64,000 nucleotides of DNA from an uncultured virus (IMG/VR IMGVR_UViG_3300047480_000789) (taxonomy: Duplodnaviria > Heunggongvirae > Uroviricota > Caudoviricetes): the IMG/VR virus record IMGVR_UViG_3300047480_000789; one strand, given 5' to 3'. Both the position numbers and the translations under genes were made by a program. The notes under the pieces were generated by a model, which saw only the letters and a program-made list of their open reading frames with translations, made no database searches and was not told the origin of the DNA. This document shows positions 37,055-51,700 of this stretch, piece after piece. The number at the start of each line of letters is the position of its first letter. The stretch's first letter is position 1.

Positions 37055-38299
37055 TTAAAATCCTGTTATTATTGTTTGACAACCACCTGCCGATTGAAAA
37101 TAATCAGCATTAGACGGATGAAAAACTTGTCTTGTCTGACCTTCGTAACATAACCAATAATTATTTCCAGTTGCAAGTCCGGTTAATCCTAATGCTGTAA
37201 ATGTAGTGGCGGTACAGAATGTTGCCGACGGGCTACCTAAATCAAAAGTATATAATAACGTTCCCGAATCCACTTGTCCAGACGTTGGTTGTGTTGATTG
37301 TATGATTAACTTAGCTGCTGCGGTATTATTAGGTGCCGAAGCACAACTAAAATCTTGAGTTAATACTACATTGTCACTAGGTGTGTCGTTACTATCATAA
37401 ACTGTAAATGCGTATGTATTACCAACATAGTTATCTAAACTATCATATGAATATGGTAAATTATGTGGAGTATTATTTCCCGAAGGTGAAGTCATCACAA
37501 CATAATACCCCGTACCTGAACCTCCAGACGCACCGCTAATCGTAATTGTCACACCTGTTGGTGCGTATCCCACACAACTTGGAACCGCACTAAAGGTAAT
37601 TGGTGTTGGTCCTGTTATAGATTCACAATCCTCACAAGTTGAATGTTCCGATGATACGGTAATTGGTGTACTCATAGAATAACCAGTTACTGCAATTGTA
37701 TAACACAAACCATTTGATCCTTTTATAATTTCACCACCAACATAATTCGAACTATATTCGATAACCTGAGTTGCAGCATTGGTTGTACCACAAGGGTAAT
37801 ATAAATTCCAAACCATTATTTGAGATGGTGTTGCGGTCGGTGTTACTGTAGGAGTTGGGGTTAGTGTAAACGTTGGTTCAGGCGTAATAGTTGGGGTTGG
37901 GGTCGGCGTATCTGTCGGTACTGGTGTCGCAGTTGGTGTAGGTGTTGGAGTTGGTGTACTCGTCACCGTAGGAGTTGGAGTTATAGTCGGTGTAGGTGTT
38001 GGGGTTACCGGTGTATTGATTTTTATGTAATTAAAATCTGTTCCCAATACACAACCTCCATCATTTAAATTTGTGGGAACAACTTTAATTGTTTTAATTC
38101 CATCAGGAACAACAATATATCTACCATTTATTTGTGCTCTTGGTATGTTTGTTTGACCCGTAATTAAAAAGTAATCAGTTAAATCGTTTATTGTTTGTCC
38201 AGTACATTGTAAAATACTTCCAGTACATCCATATAAATCAACATTTAAAATTGATGCACCTAAATTTGTAAAACCTGTTAATTGTATTGTGAATGACAT
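37055..38299 (-). CDS. Cys-containing virion protein with PT linker
   Basis: PT tract, late-type motif upstream, within the structural cluster. Confidence 0.6.
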   Translation of the reverse strand: MSFTIQLTGFTNLGASILNVDLYGCTGSILQCTGQTINDLTDYFLITGQTNIPRAQINGRYIVVPDGIKTIKVVPTNLNDGGCVLGTDFNYIKINTPVTPTPTPTITPTPTVTSTPTPTPTPTATPVPTDTPTPTPTITPEPTFTLTPTPTVTPTATPSQIMVWNLYYPCGTTNAATQVIEYSSNYVGGEIIKGSNGLCYTIAVTGYSMSTPITVSSEHSTCEDCESITGPTPITFSAVPSCVGYAPTGVTITISGASGGSGTGYYVVMTSPSGNNTPHNLPYSYDSLDNYVGNTYAFTVYDSNDTPSDNVVLTQDFSCASAPNNTAAAKLIIQSTQPTSGQVDSGTLLYTFDLGSPSATFCTATTFTALGLTGLATGNNYWLCYEGQTRQVFHPSNADYFQSAGGCQTIITGF

Positions 38300-38331
38300 A
38301 TCCTATAAATAGTATTATCTATAAATTAAAT

Positions 38332-38359
38332 AAAAAACCCCTTAAAATAAAGGGGTTTT
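38332..38359. terminator. Intrinsic terminator
   Basis: AAAACCCCTT...AAGGGGTTTT inverted repeat. Confidence 0.7.
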
Positions 38360-38382
38360 AAAAATCTTTATGTGTTGTAATC

Positions 38383-38910
38383 TTAACAAGGTTGTGACCC
38401 TGCCGGATTACCAATAACCGCGGTTGATGGACTTATCGAATAAACTTCTGATAAACCTCCCAAATATCCTTCAACATAAACGAAATTATAACCAGTGTAT
38501 AATATCGATAATTGTTCATCTTGATATAATGTTATAAGTTTAACTGCACTTGCCGTATAACGATTATCATAATCAAATTGTGACATATAAACAGCATTAT
38601 ATACGTTAGTCCCTGGACACGTAGATGATTCGGTCAAACCAAGAATAAAAGAATTGTCTACTAAAACCCCTAACGATGATGTTGGTGTAACTGACCAATT
38701 TGTTGTCGTACTACAAGTCCCCGTACTCGCAATTGTACCTCCCGTAATGGCGTCATTAACACTATTAATCGTATAACCAGTTAGTAATTGACTTTTAGTG
38801 ATTCCTGTCGCAAGTTGTGAAGTTACATCTCCACTTGTTGTTCCCGAAATATTAAATGGCCCTGCCGCTGTTGATGCCGAACCTCCTGTTAACGTAAATG
38901 TTACATTCAT
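38383..38910 (-). CDS. Putative virion protein
   Basis: Thr/Gly/Ser-rich 175 aa; late-type motif upstream. Confidence 0.6.
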   Translation of the reverse strand: MNVTFTLTGGSASTAAGPFNISGTTSGDVTSQLATGITKSQLLTGYTINSVNDAITGGTIASTGTCSTTTNWSVTPTSSLGVLVDNSFILGLTESSTCPGTNVYNAVYMSQFDYDNRYTASAVKLITLYQDEQLSILYTGYNFVYVEGYLGGLSEVYSISPSTAVIGNPAGSQPC

Positions 38911-38952
38911 ATTTTTTTAATTCTTTTTATAAATATCTAATTATTTTTATTT

Positions 38953-41900
38953 TTATATACAATTTGGACAACTTCCCTCGTTATTGTATGACACAAACGC
39001 TTCAACAAATTCACCGATACTAGCGTCTTGTGGATTTGAGAAATTACCGTCAGCGTAAACACAGTCATTACCATATTCAGGTAATGTTAAATATCCGAGG
39101 ACAGGTAACAACGTTCCATAACTGTAGTAGTATTTCTTACCGGTTGTACAACTTGTGAATACCGTATATAATGTTGGTTCAGGATTTGGTGTTGCTGTCG
39201 GTGTAGGAGTTGGGGTAGCCGCTGGTGGTGTATATCCACAACTTACCGAATTACTTTCAATAAATGCGTTGTACGTACCACAATTACCATCGGCATATGT
39301 ACCATATAAATCAAAAGTATCACAATATGTATTTAACAATGTTCCTTCGGATGGGCAAGGTGTTGGAGTAATTGTTGGTGTTGGAGTTGGGGTTGGTGGA
39401 TTATCATTACAAGCTTGACAAGATTGTGAACGAGTTGCAACATCACCACTCATATGGAATATTTGTACATAGTTACCTTCATAAGATAACCAATATGTGG
39501 TTGTCCCTAACAATGTAAAGTAACTAGATGTAAATGTAGTTACAGAACAGAAATTAGAATTATTACCATATACGGTTATTGTTGTACCATTATTACATTC
39601 ACCGTAACCTGAAGGTTGTAAGTTATTTAATTTAACATTAAACGCAGGTTGTGGTGTTGGTGTTGGTGTTGGGGTATCTGTTGGTACCGGTGTTGCGGTT
39701 GGTGTTGGTGTTGGTGTTTCGGTTGGTGGTATCGGTGTACTAGTTGGTGTTGGGGTCGGCGTATCTGTCGGTACTGGTGTTGCAGTTGGTGTAGGTGTTG
39801 GAGTTGGTGGTACTGGTGTACTAGTTGGTGTTGGAGTAGGTGTTGGAGTGCTAGATACTATGATAACCTCAACATCAAAATTACAATCTATAAAAGGTGT
39901 TGCGGTAGGTGTAGGTGTGGCAGTCGGTGTTGGGGTTGGTGTACTAGTCACTACAATTGTATTCACGTCAAAGTTACAATCGGGAGTTGGGGTAGGTGTA
40001 ACAGTCGCTGTCGGTGTTGGGGTAGGTGTACTTGTTATTACCTCAATGTTTACATCAAAATCACAAGTTGGAGTTGCGGTAGGAGTCGGTGTTGGTGTAC
40101 CAGTCACAAAACTAACCTCCACATCAAAGTTACAATCGGGAGTTGCGGTAGGTGTTGGAGTAACTGTTATTGTTGGTGTAGGTGTTGGTGTACCTGTCAC
40201 GGTTGGTGTAGGTGTTGGTGTGAACGTTGGTTCAGGTGTAGATGTAGGTGTAACTGTTGGGGTCGATGTAGGTGTAACTGTTGGCGTAGCGGTTGGCGTC
40301 CCTGTAGGTGTAACTGTTGGGGTAGGTGTTATTGTTGGAGTTGGGGTTGGGGTCGGTGGTATTTCGACATAAGACGCACCTTCATTACCACTACCAAATC
40401 TACAATCTTTTATATCATTATTACCAATTGCCGTTAATCCAAAATTTAAATAATTTTTTACCGTGCAATTATTTGGACCGTATTTAAAAGATTTAAATTT
40501 AATTCTTTCATCTCCTTTTTCGTCAACATATATATCATATGAGATTAATGGTGCAATTTCAGTTGTACCCGTGATTCCCGAATAACCAATGGAAGTTCCA
40601 TATAAATTATTATCACCAACTTTATCTCTGGTGTAACCCGAATATGTATTAATATAGTTAATAGACCCTAATATGGCTCTTTTCCATAATGACATTATTT
40701 CGTCATAATCTGGATTTAAAGTATTATTGATTGTTTGCCCTGTATATTCCGTATCAGAAGTGTAAGTATAAAGTCTTGCACTTACATTATGTACTGTAGT
40801 GTCTCCCGAAACTAAAACATATGAATCAATAGACGCTCCAGAATAAACAACCCCATCAATTTCAAATGTTGGGTAAAATTTAATATATCCGTCGTGTTCA
40901 AATTCGCCAATTTCGTCAATTTCGATTGATAATCCAAGTTCACTATCCATCCATTTAATTTCATCTTCAAAAAATCGTGTTGATGTTTGTCCTGTAATTT
41001 CCGGATAAACGTAATCGACAATTGTCACTGGTTGACATCCATATTGATATTTGTATTTTGATCTACCAAAAATAGTATTTTCAATTAAATTACCTCCTGT
41101 CCATAATGTTGTGGCAGGTATAATTTGTTCCAAGACTTTCGTCCAATTTGGACTCATTTTATTTACAAATTCGTTTACATCTATAAAGTTGTAAGGTGTG
41201 AATCCCGTGTGTGTAATGTAATCTCTGAATATATCTTCTAATTGAGTGTAATTCTTTTTATATTTTATTAAATTAGAATTTTTAATTTGTTGGTTTAATA
41301 AATTGTCAACATATTCAGCGAACGATACGCTATTTTGTGGCTCTAAACTATTTGTACCAAATGTTAAATTTAAATCTCTCGATTTACGATATATGTCATA
41401 ATCGATTGCCTGAGATGATGAAATGTAAACATTTAAATTTTTTCTATTAAGAATCAGGTTTGAGTCGTCATTTAATATTTCACCTTTAACGTTATCAACA
41501 ACACTAATTAAACCATAACCTGTATCTAAACCAGGTAATGTTCTATACATATCAAAATAATCTTCACCATACGTGAATGGACTATTCTTTGTTACTATAG
41601 TTTTAGTTCTACCGGTCAATATCGATTTTTCATCATCCAATATTAATAATGATTTGTGATCTATGGTATTATCGTACCAACCTGATCCTTTTTGAAAAAA
41701 TATATCCCCTGTAACTCCACTAATTGATTGTGGATAAAATGATAATTCCTGAACGGGATATCCATCTCTATTTAACGACGTTGTACCGGTTGTTATTAAT
41801 GGGTAATACGTGTAACCAGAATATGTTACATCGTTAATTGTCCCACCAGTAGGTAAAAAACCGACACTTATATGTTTCTTATTACCACTAATAACATCAT

Positions 41901-43383
41901 AAATTTCATCTTCCAAATCATATGATATTGGAAATGATTCAACCTTATAAACATACTGTTCAATTTTAATCATTGGTTCGGGAGCACCTAAGAATCTTAA
42001 AAAGAATTCAATAGATTTTCTTGTACCTTTTGATTTATATATGTGTGCAAGATTGACCAATAATCTTCTGTAAAATTCGTATTCGGCCTCAACTAATGAA
42101 ATACCACTTGGTTTGCCGGGATATTGTACTGTTTTAGTGTAAAGTAAATCATCAAAACTATTTTCATTTATTAAATTAACCGTGTCTAAACCTAAAGTAT
42201 TTGATAGGTTTTTCAATAATATATCAGGTAAATTATTAACACCGTCATAACTTACGTTTCTCATAAACGCAATATTATCGATGTATTTTTTTACCTTATC
42301 AAAACTTTGACCATATAATTGAAAAACCGCTTCTGCCTTTTTTCCATCGGTATCGAATTCAAATAGTTGTGGTGAACTTAAAAATCTTAAAAGTAAATTA
42401 GATTTATAATCATCAATCTCATCAGCAATATCACTTAGATTTCTAAGATAGTTATCATATTCGATACCAACAATTAATAAATTCCAATTATCTTTCGTTG
42501 AAACGGGCCAAGAATAATTAACTGTGGTTAATTCTGTTTTTGTTTCGTCGAAACTATCTCTCGGTACTTTGAAACTTGCGGTATACTTTGGTGATGTTTC
42601 TCTATTTAATAAACTTCCTTCTAAGTCATCTAAACTTAAAAAAAATTCTTCACTCACACCATCGTTTGGTCTAATTAAAATATTTTCACTATAAGTTGCG
42701 TTACCATTAAACGGGTTACCACTGACTTTTAGAGTGATAATGTTAGATGAATTTGGTTCAGTATACGTTAAAATATTATACGTAACCCCACTAAGTTCAA
42801 TGACATATTTTTTATATGATGAATAGAAATCTCTTACGGGATTAACACTTGATACCGTTGTATTACTTTTTGGTCTTTTAAAAATAACATCAAAAGGATT
42901 ATATAACATACCAACCTCAATATTAAACGTGGTAGTTTTTGTTTTTGTGTTATAACTCGAATTAAACGCAGTAAACCCACTTACACTAACGTAACTGTTT
43001 TTATCAACTAAAACTCCCGCTGGAAATTTTTTAATGATATTAATTAATGTAACCGATAGTCTGTTTTTTAATGAACCAAATAACGATTTACCTGAGTCAT
43101 TTTTCGACCCATTAAATTTAATTTCTTTTTTTGTTGACTTAACGGATTTACCATTAATGGTTGTACCGCTTACGTTTTCTTCTTTTAAATCATCTAATGT
43201 TAAAAAATCAGAAAAAGGATTTGTTTTAAAATTCTTAGTATCTCTTTGGACAATTCCACTGTCAAGTGCGAAGTTAGTGTTGGTCAATTGACTAGTGCCC
43301 TTGGTGATTTGACCACCAACTAAATTATCACTGAATGTATCGGCACCACTGCCCGCTTGACTTGGAACTTTATATTTTACCAT
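38953..43383 (-). CDS. Large baseplate wedge protein (P2 gpI/T4 gp7-like core) with PT-rich tail
   Basis: [12 protein letters not shown] and [28 protein letters not shown]. Confidence 0.65.
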   Translation of the reverse strand: MVKYKVPSQAGSGADTFSDNLVGGQITKGTSQLTNTNFALDSGIVQRDTKNFKTNPFSDFLTLDDLKEENVSGTTINGKSVKSTKKEIKFNGSKNDSGKSLFGSLKNRLSVTLINIIKKFPAGVLVDKNSYVSVSGFTAFNSSYNTKTKTTTFNIEVGMLYNPFDVIFKRPKSNTTVSSVNPVRDFYSSYKKYVIELSGVTYNILTYTEPNSSNIITLKVSGNPFNGNATYSENILIRPNDGVSEEFFLSLDDLEGSLLNRETSPKYTASFKVPRDSFDETKTELTTVNYSWPVSTKDNWNLLIVGIEYDNYLRNLSDIADEIDDYKSNLLLRFLSSPQLFEFDTDGKKAEAVFQLYGQSFDKVKKYIDNIAFMRNVSYDGVNNLPDILLKNLSNTLGLDTVNLINENSFDDLLYTKTVQYPGKPSGISLVEAEYEFYRRLLVNLAHIYKSKGTRKSIEFFLRFLGAPEPMIKIEQYVYKVESFPISYDLEDEIYDVISGNKKHISVGFLPTGGTINDVTYSGYTYYPLITTGTTSLNRDGYPVQELSFYPQSISGVTGDIFFQKGSGWYDNTIDHKSLLILDDEKSILTGRTKTIVTKNSPFTYGEDYFDMYRTLPGLDTGYGLISVVDNVKGEILNDDSNLILNRKNLNVYISSSQAIDYDIYRKSRDLNLTFGTNSLEPQNSVSFAEYVDNLLNQQIKNSNLIKYKKNYTQLEDIFRDYITHTGFTPYNFIDVNEFVNKMSPNWTKVLEQIIPATTLWTGGNLIENTIFGRSKYKYQYGCQPVTIVDYVYPEITGQTSTRFFEDEIKWMDSELGLSIEIDEIGEFEHDGYIKFYPTFEIDGVVYSGASIDSYVLVSGDTTVHNVSARLYTYTSDTEYTGQTINNTLNPDYDEIMSLWKRAILGSINYINTYSGYTRDKVGDNNLYGTSIGYSGITGTTEIAPLISYDIYVDEKGDERIKFKSFKYGPNNCTVKNYLNFGLTAIGNNDIKDCRFGSGNEGASYVEIPPTPTPTPTITPTPTVTPTGTPTATPTVTPTSTPTVTPTSTPEPTFTPTPTPTVTGTPTPTPTITVTPTPTATPDCNFDVEVSFVTGTPTPTPTATPTCDFDVNIEVITSTPTPTPTATVTPTPTPDCNFDVNTIVVTSTPTPTPTATPTPTATPFIDCNFDVEVIIVSSTPTPTPTPTSTPVPPTPTPTPTATPVPTDTPTPTPTSTPIPPTETPTPTPTATPVPTDTPTPTPTPQPAFNVKLNNLQPSGYGECNNGTTITVYGNNSNFCSVTTFTSSYFTLLGTTTYWLSYEGNYVQIFHMSGDVATRSQSCQACNDNPPTPTPTPTITPTPCPSEGTLLNTYCDTFDLYGTYADGNCGTYNAFIESNSVSCGYTPPAATPTPTPTATPNPEPTLYTVFTSCTTGKKYYYSYGTLLPVLGYLTLPEYGNDCVYADGNFSNPQDASIGEFVEAFVSYNNEGSCPNCI

Positions 43384-44303
43384 TAGATATTAGTAATTGT
43401 ATCGAAATTTAATGTTTCATCAATATCTGTGCGATTCTCTCTAACTTCGTATAGAGTTTCTTGAATATCATCTTTAATTTCATAAAGATTGTATTGTCTA
43501 TAGATATTGTTTTCTTTATCGTAGATTGTGTAGATACCTTCACTAACCGCCTTAGTTTGATTACCGTAAAGTGCGTTTGCTAAAGTAGAGGCATCGTGTT
43601 CGACCATATCAATCTCAATAGTTGTTGGATTAAAATATGTATTCGTTAAGATAATTTTTTGTCCAGGTAAACCAATGAATGGGACGGTATTTGGTTTATT
43701 TGATGGTGCGGATGATGGTGTTATAGTTAAAAATAAAAAATTAGTTGCACCTTCACTATATTGATATCTAACCGATTTTTGTGTTGAGCTATTTAAATTG
43801 GCGGTAACAGGTGTACAATAAAACGAAGAGGTCACCACTTTATAGAAGTTGGTTACTTTCTTATTATCTGACGAATTAATGTATTCAATTCTATAACCCA
43901 CCAATCCTTGTGGTGTAAATTTATTTTTGTCGGCAGATGTCACATTACTAATATCAATAATTAAACCTCTAACCGATGGTAGTGACGCCAAAACACCACA
44001 ATCCATAATTGAAGTTCTAATTTGTTTTGGTCTCAAATGAAGTGTATAAATCCCTAAATCAGTAAAATCATCCGCATTTAATTTTAAATTATATAAACCA
44101 CCCAAAACCTCAACATTTTGTGCTAAGGTGTCGGTTGTTGTTCCTGAAGTTTGGTAAATAGGTGTTAAAACTTGATTCGCAGTTAATTTTTTTAATGTAA
44201 CTGTTGAGGTTGATAACCTATTTGGTACGTAATGATATAGTATCTCAACGTCATCCGGTGACACATCTGCGGGTCTAACTACTCCATATGATCCTACTGC
44301 CAT
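43383..44303 (-). CDS. Putative structural protein
   Basis: 306 aa, late-type motif upstream, coupled to the wedge gene. Confidence 0.6.
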   Translation of the reverse strand: MAVGSYGVVRPADVSPDDVEILYHYVPNRLSTSTVTLKKLTANQVLTPIYQTSGTTTDTLAQNVEVLGGLYNLKLNADDFTDLGIYTLHLRPKQIRTSIMDCGVLASLPSVRGLIIDISNVTSADKNKFTPQGLVGYRIEYINSSDNKKVTNFYKVVTSSFYCTPVTANLNSSTQKSVRYQYSEGATNFLFLTITPSSAPSNKPNTVPFIGLPGQKIILTNTYFNPTTIEIDMVEHDASTLANALYGNQTKAVSEGIYTIYDKENNIYRQYNLYEIKDDIQETLYEVRENRTDIDETLNFDTITNI

Positions 44304-44328
44304 AATCTTTTAATTATAAATATAATTT

Positions 44329-45279
44329 TTATTGTTTTTTAACATTAAAATATCCATTTCCATAGACATCTAATTCACTCATATTATCAATTTCACCAAG
44401 TCTTAGGTTATTTTCCATTACACCTTGTCTACCTCTTTCAACAAAAATGTCCGAATAAATCGTTGGGTCATCAATAAAACCTAAGAAATGTTCATTTCGG
44501 GTTATCATATTATTGAAGACTTCTTCTTGTGTAAAACCAGTTGTTGTTCCCGTAATCATTGTATAATTGTCAGGAAAGTCTCTATAATATAAACCATCTA
44601 TTGTATAACCCGACCAAATTGAACCGTCGGTAGTACCTGTTGACATTCCGGGTATTGTGGATGAACCATATTGTTTTAATTCATTTATTCTACTTTTACC
44701 TAATGCCATATAGGTAAAACCACTAACAGTATGACCCGTATTATTTGTGTAATCTAAATTATTAAGATAATTCTGTGTCCTACCCGATTGTAAATAATAC
44801 GTAGTATTATTCAAATACGGTAGACTTGTACCAGTATAAGTGTAAGTTCCTAATGAATCTGCTACAGTTATGTTTTGTGGTACGGTTATTTTTTTAGATA
44901 TTTTTTCTTTAGTCCAAGGTGAGTCTAACGTTAAAGTAATTATATATTCCGTATTTCCCGTATATGTATGTGTTTTCGATGGCATTCCTTGTCCAACAAT
45001 ACCACTATTAACCGTTAAACCTGATGTGTTTCCGTCACCCCAATTTATTGTATATGTCTGTTCAACAATTTTCCTAAGTTTATCAGGATTAACTGTGTTA
45101 AAAACCGTAATAGTTGATCCTGTTTGTGTATATGAAAAATTACATAATTGTTCAACTTGCTCCACTCCACCATCAAATGATACCAATACACCCATTTCAT
45201 CTACCGTACTTTCTAAAAATATTGGTAAATTAATACTAACTCCCGTCTGTCTTAATAATGTATGTTCTATTTTTTTCAT
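44329..45279 (-). CDS. Putative structural protein with PKD-like domain
   Basis: YTINWGDG...THTY...YIITLT. Confidence 0.6.
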   Translation of the reverse strand: MKKIEHTLLRQTGVSINLPIFLESTVDEMGVLVSFDGGVEQVEQLCNFSYTQTGSTITVFNTVNPDKLRKIVEQTYTINWGDGNTSGLTVNSGIVGQGMPSKTHTYTGNTEYIITLTLDSPWTKEKISKKITVPQNITVADSLGTYTYTGTSLPYLNNTTYYLQSGRTQNYLNNLDYTNNTGHTVSGFTYMALGKSRINELKQYGSSTIPGMSTGTTDGSIWSGYTIDGLYYRDFPDNYTMITGTTTGFTQEEVFNNMITRNEHFLGFIDDPTIYSDIFVERGRQGVMENNLRLGEIDNMSELDVYGNGYFNVKKQ

Positions 45280-45290
45280 TTTATTTTTTA

Positions 45291-47000
45291 TTAATTTATA
45301 CCGCCAGTTCCTCCACCATCACAATTATATGATAAATTCGATATTATATATCCATCGTTATCAACTTGAATTACCGAGAATTGTCCACCTGTTAATGTAT
45401 TAAATTGTGAGTCTTGTGTTACCGCATAGTATTGATTATTACCATAAAATGTTCCATAACTAGCATCCGCATAAATCCTCGTTCCAATAATAGCATTTGC
45501 AAATGTATTTCCCTGACTCCACCATTCCCCACTTGTTACATAACCTACTTGATTTGTACAGAAATCACTCGTAGACGATAATCCTGAACTTCTATAATAC
45601 GCATATAATGCTGGTGGCGCTGTAGTTGGTGTAACCGTTGGTGTTGCCGTCGGTGTGGGTGTGGGTGTTAAAGAAGTACCGCCAGCAGTTGCCGTGGGTG
45701 TTGGTGTTGGAGTACTTGTCGCAGTAGGTGTAGGTGTAATGGATGTTCCACCAACCGTCGCAGTTGGTGTTGGGGTTGGTGTAAATGTTGGTCCACCTGT
45801 TGGTGTTACCGTTGGTGTTGATGTGGGTGTTGGGCTTGGTGTGGGTGTCGATGTCGATTCAGGTAAACCTGTAGGTGTTGGGGTGGGTGTTCTTGTTGGT
45901 GGTATTGGTGTAGGTGTTGCAGTTGGTCCCCCTAATGTAGGTGTAGGTGTAGGTGTTGGTGTCGGTGGTGTTTCAATTAATGTTCCCCCACCAAATTCGT
46001 AAAATTTTATAGTATCACTTATTCCATCACCAATTCTATTTCCTTTAGTACCACCACTATATGTGTAAATTTGATACTCTCTTTTAAAATTATTGAAATC
46101 GACTTGGAAATACATATCATCTTGTTCAACAACTTTATGTGATGTACTAAAAATGTTATTATTAAAATTTAATATTGATCCGTCTTTAGCATTAAAGAAT
46201 CTAGCAGTCATAAAGAACGTATTCATCCCTTCAACCACATTTCTTTCATAGGTTATATTGACTTTTGGTATATCAAAAGTTTGACCCGTCATACCGTACA
46301 ATATTGTGGTACCAGTTGGTAAAACAACATTATTGGTATTTTTTTGTGTATCTAAAAATAAAAATTGTGTTTGGGTCGTTCCTGTGTTATTGAACGTGTA
46401 CCTATCTAAAGTTGGTACTCCCCACAAATCGGTCTCCTCTAATGCGGTTTCGTCGTCAAACCAAAACAAATACATATTCTCCTTATTCCTATAATTTGAA
46501 CCCATAAAGACAGGTAAATGTATATAATAACCAAATGTATTGCCTTTGTAAAAATATTTTTCACCTAATGGTAATGAAAGATTTTTTGAAAAAACCATTC
46601 TCCTATTTTGTCTTGTTGGTGGTTCACAAATTAATGTTGTTCCCGAAATAATAGACGGTGTTTTATAAAATTCTAACCTAAAAAAACTTTCTGTTGATTG
46701 TCTCAACATAAATTCATTTTCCGTTGTGGTTATACCGACCGCCTCATATTCTTGAACATATGTTGAACCACTTGAGAAATAAAATTGATACCATATATCC
46801 GTTTGTTCAATACCTAATGCTGACGTATATGGTTTATGAATATATCTAACCGTTTCATAATTCTGTGCCGGATTAATTATATCCTTTAATATCTCATCTT
46901 CAAATTGTGCAAGATTTTCTTGCCAACCTAAGTCAGTTTTAAAATCTTGTTCAGTATTGAGTACGATATTTAAATCGTTTGTGTTAGTTAATATTTTCAT
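45291..47000 (-). CDS. Putative structural protein with PT linker (start revised to ATG 47000)
   Basis: TAATG overlap with the upstream gene; long PT tract. Confidence 0.65.
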   Translation of the reverse strand: MKILTNTNDLNIVLNTEQDFKTDLGWQENLAQFEDEILKDIINPAQNYETVRYIHKPYTSALGIEQTDIWYQFYFSSGSTYVQEYEAVGITTTENEFMLRQSTESFFRLEFYKTPSIISGTTLICEPPTRQNRRMVFSKNLSLPLGEKYFYKGNTFGYYIHLPVFMGSNYRNKENMYLFWFDDETALEETDLWGVPTLDRYTFNNTGTTQTQFLFLDTQKNTNNVVLPTGTTILYGMTGQTFDIPKVNITYERNVVEGMNTFFMTARFFNAKDGSILNFNNNIFSTSHKVVEQDDMYFQVDFNNFKREYQIYTYSGGTKGNRIGDGISDTIKFYEFGGGTLIETPPTPTPTPTPTLGGPTATPTPIPPTRTPTPTPTGLPESTSTPTPSPTPTSTPTVTPTGGPTFTPTPTPTATVGGTSITPTPTATSTPTPTPTATAGGTSLTPTPTPTATPTVTPTTAPPALYAYYRSSGLSSTSDFCTNQVGYVTSGEWWSQGNTFANAIIGTRIYADASYGTFYGNNQYYAVTQDSQFNTLTGGQFSVIQVDNDGYIISNLSYNCDGGGTGGIN

Positions 47001-48772
47001 TAACAAATAATTTGATTATTAAATCCGGTTAATCCGTCAGTTTTATTGTTATATCCTTGTTCGTTTCTTAAATAAAAATTTATATCTGTTGCCACATAAT
47101 GCATATCATTTATATATGGAAATTTAGTTCCATTACCTTCTTGATCAACAAAACCGTGGTCGTACACATCTCTCCATTTCCAAACCTTATTTTCACTATC
47201 AAATATTGTGTTCTCAGGCAGATTTATTAATTCTTCTCTTTTTAATTTTGACGTTTCTAAATAAGGTGATAATTGCCTTAATTTAATTCTGTGATGTGGT
47301 TGATAATAATAACCAACCGGATTACTCATATCTTGTCCGTGGTCAAAAAATGGTATTGTACCATCTAAAGTTTCCCTATGTGAAAATCTATGAAATGCCT
47401 CACTAACAATTCTTTCTTTTAATTCCTTTTCGTTGTACTCAACAAATGCACCAGTTAATACAGTACCTAATGGTAATGTTGTTCCACCAGTAAATGTTAT
47501 TCCCGAATACGATGATGTATTTGAATTAAATGTAGTTGTACTAATAGATGTTTCAATGGCGGTGGTACCACTAAATTGATTATCGAGCCAATCATTGTGA
47601 AAATTAAATTTATAACCGACTTTTGGTGGATATGTAAAATACCCATTCCCATTTCTCAAAATCATCGTAGCATAAACTTCAGTGGGTGTGTATTTTAAAT
47701 TATTAGTGATACCCGATAAAACAAATGTCTTTTTAAAATCAAATAAAACCGATTCAGGTCTATTTCTTTCAACTAACACGTCGTTTTCTTTTAATGCACT
47801 TTCAAATAAAATTTTTCTTTCATTTTCCCAAATTGGTGATTCAAAACCAACTTTATCTAATATATAATCTTCTTCAGTTGTTAATGTCTTATGTTTATGT
47901 ACATAATAAGATGAGGTGCTACCCGTTATATTATTTAAATCTAAACACCTTTTACCTAGTGCAAATATTGTACCACTTAGATTATAATTTGTTTCAAATT
48001 CACTTTTTAAAATGTTTATAACATAATTTTTTGAATTATATATTTCATTACCTACGTTATCAATATAAAATGTTCTACCACTAACCGCAACTGAATTTGT
48101 TAATGTACCACCCGATAAAATGATATATTCACCAGATTTCATACCGTGTTCAATTGGTGATGTTAATGTATAATAATTACCATTATCTTCTACCCTAAAT
48201 GGTATACCGTCACCGGCCGTAAATGAATATGTTGTTCCACCTGAAAACGTATATTTCATTGGAAAAGTAGAATCTTGGTCATTAACATATGTTAAATAAA
48301 GATTCCAATTTTTATATGGTGCTTGGATTGGTGTGATAGATGTGTGACCCGTATAACGTCCTCCTGTAAGTTGGACTTGTGGAACGAACGTACCTAATGT
48401 GGTACCTGTTACTGTAATGTTTTCTTCTCTTAATACGTCATTTCTAAGTAATGCAAATTCATTATAAGGAACAAAACCTTTTTTATTGGTACTATTGCCA
48501 TCGTCAGTTAAATAAAAATTCTTTAATAGTGGTGTATACTCAGTTGTACCCGAATACATATTTCTAAAAATCATTTTTATTTTACCAAATATTTTATAAC
48601 GTTTACTTTCATTTCTTTCATCATCGAATAAAGTTGGTAAATCCAAAAGGATGTCTCTCTCACCTTGTCTCATTAACACACTATCACCCTCTAATTTTAC
48701 ATTAAGTGTTAAATCTTCTTCTCTCGCCTTAAAGTACCTTTTACTTGGTAATAGTATTTCTTTTTTTTCCAT
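47000..48772 (-). CDS. Putative structural protein
   Basis: 590 aa in the baseplate cluster. Confidence 0.6.
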   Translation of the reverse strand: MEKKEILLPSKRYFKAREEDLTLNVKLEGDSVLMRQGERDILLDLPTLFDDERNESKRYKIFGKIKMIFRNMYSGTTEYTPLLKNFYLTDDGNSTNKKGFVPYNEFALLRNDVLREENITVTGTTLGTFVPQVQLTGGRYTGHTSITPIQAPYKNWNLYLTYVNDQDSTFPMKYTFSGGTTYSFTAGDGIPFRVEDNGNYYTLTSPIEHGMKSGEYIILSGGTLTNSVAVSGRTFYIDNVGNEIYNSKNYVINILKSEFETNYNLSGTIFALGKRCLDLNNITGSTSSYYVHKHKTLTTEEDYILDKVGFESPIWENERKILFESALKENDVLVERNRPESVLFDFKKTFVLSGITNNLKYTPTEVYATMILRNGNGYFTYPPKVGYKFNFHNDWLDNQFSGTTAIETSISTTTFNSNTSSYSGITFTGGTTLPLGTVLTGAFVEYNEKELKERIVSEAFHRFSHRETLDGTIPFFDHGQDMSNPVGYYYQPHHRIKLRQLSPYLETSKLKREELINLPENTIFDSENKVWKWRDVYDHGFVDQEGNGTKFPYINDMHYVATDINFYLRNEQGYNNKTDGLTGFNNQIIC

Positions 48773-51700
48773 TATTCAGATGATTTAAACGCCCCTTTTG
48801 GTCCGTAATATTTTATTAATAAGTCTACCGCGGAATTTTGAGGTCTTAATCCGAAGTAAAATAAAAATGGTGTTGATAAAACTTGTTTATTCCCCATATA
48901 ATTTAATTTTGTTTGGAATATGAAAGATTCTCGGTAATCTTTTACGTAACTATCACTTTGTGCGGTCCATACTTGTTTTGTTCCGTTCCACAAAACCACA
49001 TATGTTGTCCCACTTAGTGGGTCTTTAGTTGTTCCTGATTGTACGTGTAACCATAAATCACCCTCAACATAACCCGTAGCCACATTAGAATCGAATAAAC
49101 CTTCAATTGTGTTGGTCGGAGCACTTAAACTAACAACTTCAAATCTTTCTAACGCATTTGTCGTGTTACCCGTAAATGAAAATGTATTATGATTAATTGT
49201 AATTGGTTTTAACAAATACTCTTCTTCACCATCTTTCATAACGTAGTTGGTTGTGGTACTTGACTTATCACCAATAGAAAATAATCTTTGTAATTTCATC
49301 GATGCAATTTCTTTTCTATCCCAACGTTGATTATCATCATTTGAATTATATGGACCAAAACCTTCTCCACCTTTGTCCCATAAAAAGAATGGAACTTTTT
49401 GTGAATAATCACCCAACCTGAAATTCAAACATTGTCTTATAAATGCACCATTAATATCTAATTTTAAATCAATAGGTGTTGCACCATAATTTCCATTGAT
49501 GTCCTTAAAATATGTTGCAAAATATGGGTCTTCTGGATCCATTAATTCACCATTATAAAGAAAATATTGTGGACTATCTAAATCAAATGCCTCTATACCT
49601 ACCTCACAATTTATTGACATTAATTGTGTTATGTCCCCATCGATAATTCCGATATTATCACCTAAACCTTCTCCAGTGAAGAAATCGCCCACATCGAAAT
49701 TACCGTTAGCGGTATCCATTCTATAATTAATTGCGTGTTCAACAATATTTGCCGGATCTTGATATGACGTTGCCGTAATATCTCGTATCACCGAACAAGT
49801 TGGGTCGATTCTTGGGTCTTGACAAATTTCATATAAAAACTCATCTCTTACTCCAACATCATAAAACGTAGTAGGGTGTAAAATTTCTTTATACTTTACT
49901 GTATTGTCGTTATTCCTATATACTTGTCCTAAAAAACCCGCATCAGGATTATATGGTGTCGTTCTATAATAAAACGTTTCATCCAATACATTAAAGAAAA
50001 CTAATTCTCTTGGGAATTTAGAACCTCTTTGACTTAAATCACGAATTGTTCTGTTATCCCATTTTATTTTTTTATCAAACTTAAAGAAATAAAGCATTCC
50101 GTGTAACCAATTGTCGATAAACGAATAATTTGTTACTCCTCCACAAAAATTAATTCCTACCCTTTTTCTTCTATACCATTCTTTTAAAATTGTCCAATTA
50201 CGATTTTTCCCATCAATAACAGGAACAATAATAACAACACCATCTCTTATTTCTGATAAACCTGATTTTGTTTTTTTGTTAAAGGTTAACAAATCACCAC
50301 CATCAATTCTACATCTTTCAGGTAATCTTAGTGTATCTAAATCACCACCAACTGAAGACGCTAATGTCCATTGTGGACCTGGAGATGTAAGTGATTCTGT
50401 ATATGGTGAACCTGTATAGTATGGTTTACCCTTTTTAAAATTAGGTCGATAATTTGCACCCCAATCTTTAAGTATGTCTAAATCTTGACCACCAGCATAA
50501 TTTGATGGTGTTAGTGGTGAACCGTACCCCGTACCTCCACTTATCCAAATGTAGGTATGTGTGTTATTCGGTTCATCATAAAATTTGTCATATTTTGCAC
50601 ACCCCTGTTCGACGTTAAACGAATTACTAACAACGGGTGTACCAGTATCGGGATCTGTTGTACATTCTTCACAATCGGGATATGTTGTTAATGGTAAAAT
50701 CATTTGGCCCGCTTCCATCATACGTAATCCGGGTCTCGATAACGAATCTCTACCAAAATCGGCTAATGCGTGTCCAACAAATGGTAAATCAATTTGTCTT
50801 AGTGACCTACCCGCAAACCACAATGCCGATCCAACCGATTCATAAACAAATAAAGAAACGACCGCAAATATATATTGAATAAATGTGATAATTTCAGATA
50901 AGATTAACCCAAATTTAATTCTATTTCTAAATGCGAAATTTGTTGGTATATAATTAGCATTACCAGTACAGTCATCTTCGGCATTTGGTCTAATTTCTTT
51001 TATACCCAAGAACGCGTCTCTTCTTGATAACCCTAAAAAACTTTCGACCGCAGATACTTCATAGTGTGAACCTTGAAATGATGAGGGGGTATAAACTTTA
51101 CCAAAAATAAATTTATAGAAAACATCTTCAGGTATACCATTATTGTTAGTACCCAACATTAAATCTAATTTGTGTTTTCTCCAAGCAATCGCAGTTGGTG
51201 TATTTTGATTTGTACCGCTATTACCCATTGCTTGGAATGTCATCCCACTTTGAGGTGCAATTTTTAAATAGTCTTCAAACACATTTGAAAATTGGTAGGT
51301 GGTTAAAAATGATTCCTCATATTCACCATAATAATTACCTCCATTAATTAAATCATCATTAAATTCTCTGATTTGTGGGACTAAGTATTTCGCTGTTCCT
51401 GTTTTTACATTATCAGCATCTAAACTAAATCTAAATCTGGCAATTGCCGTTGTTGGTATACCTTTATTGTGGTCGTTTGTTAATTCTTGTTCACCAAATT
51501 GATTAGTGTAAACATATTCCAAATTCATCGGTAGTACAATCATTGAGGTACCGTTCTCGTCAATTGTTTCTGTAATATTGTAGTATTGTAATTCAGGATA
51601 AAGAGTTACACCGTCCGAACCATATACTTTTCTACCTGTTTGTCTAACACATTCAATTTTACCAGTAGTTGTTTGTAAATTACATTTATAACCACTTTTT

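Noticed and set aside
39155..46002. VGVG-rich and WCWC-rich plus-strand ORFs
   Set aside because: Antisense shadows of Pro-Thr tracts.
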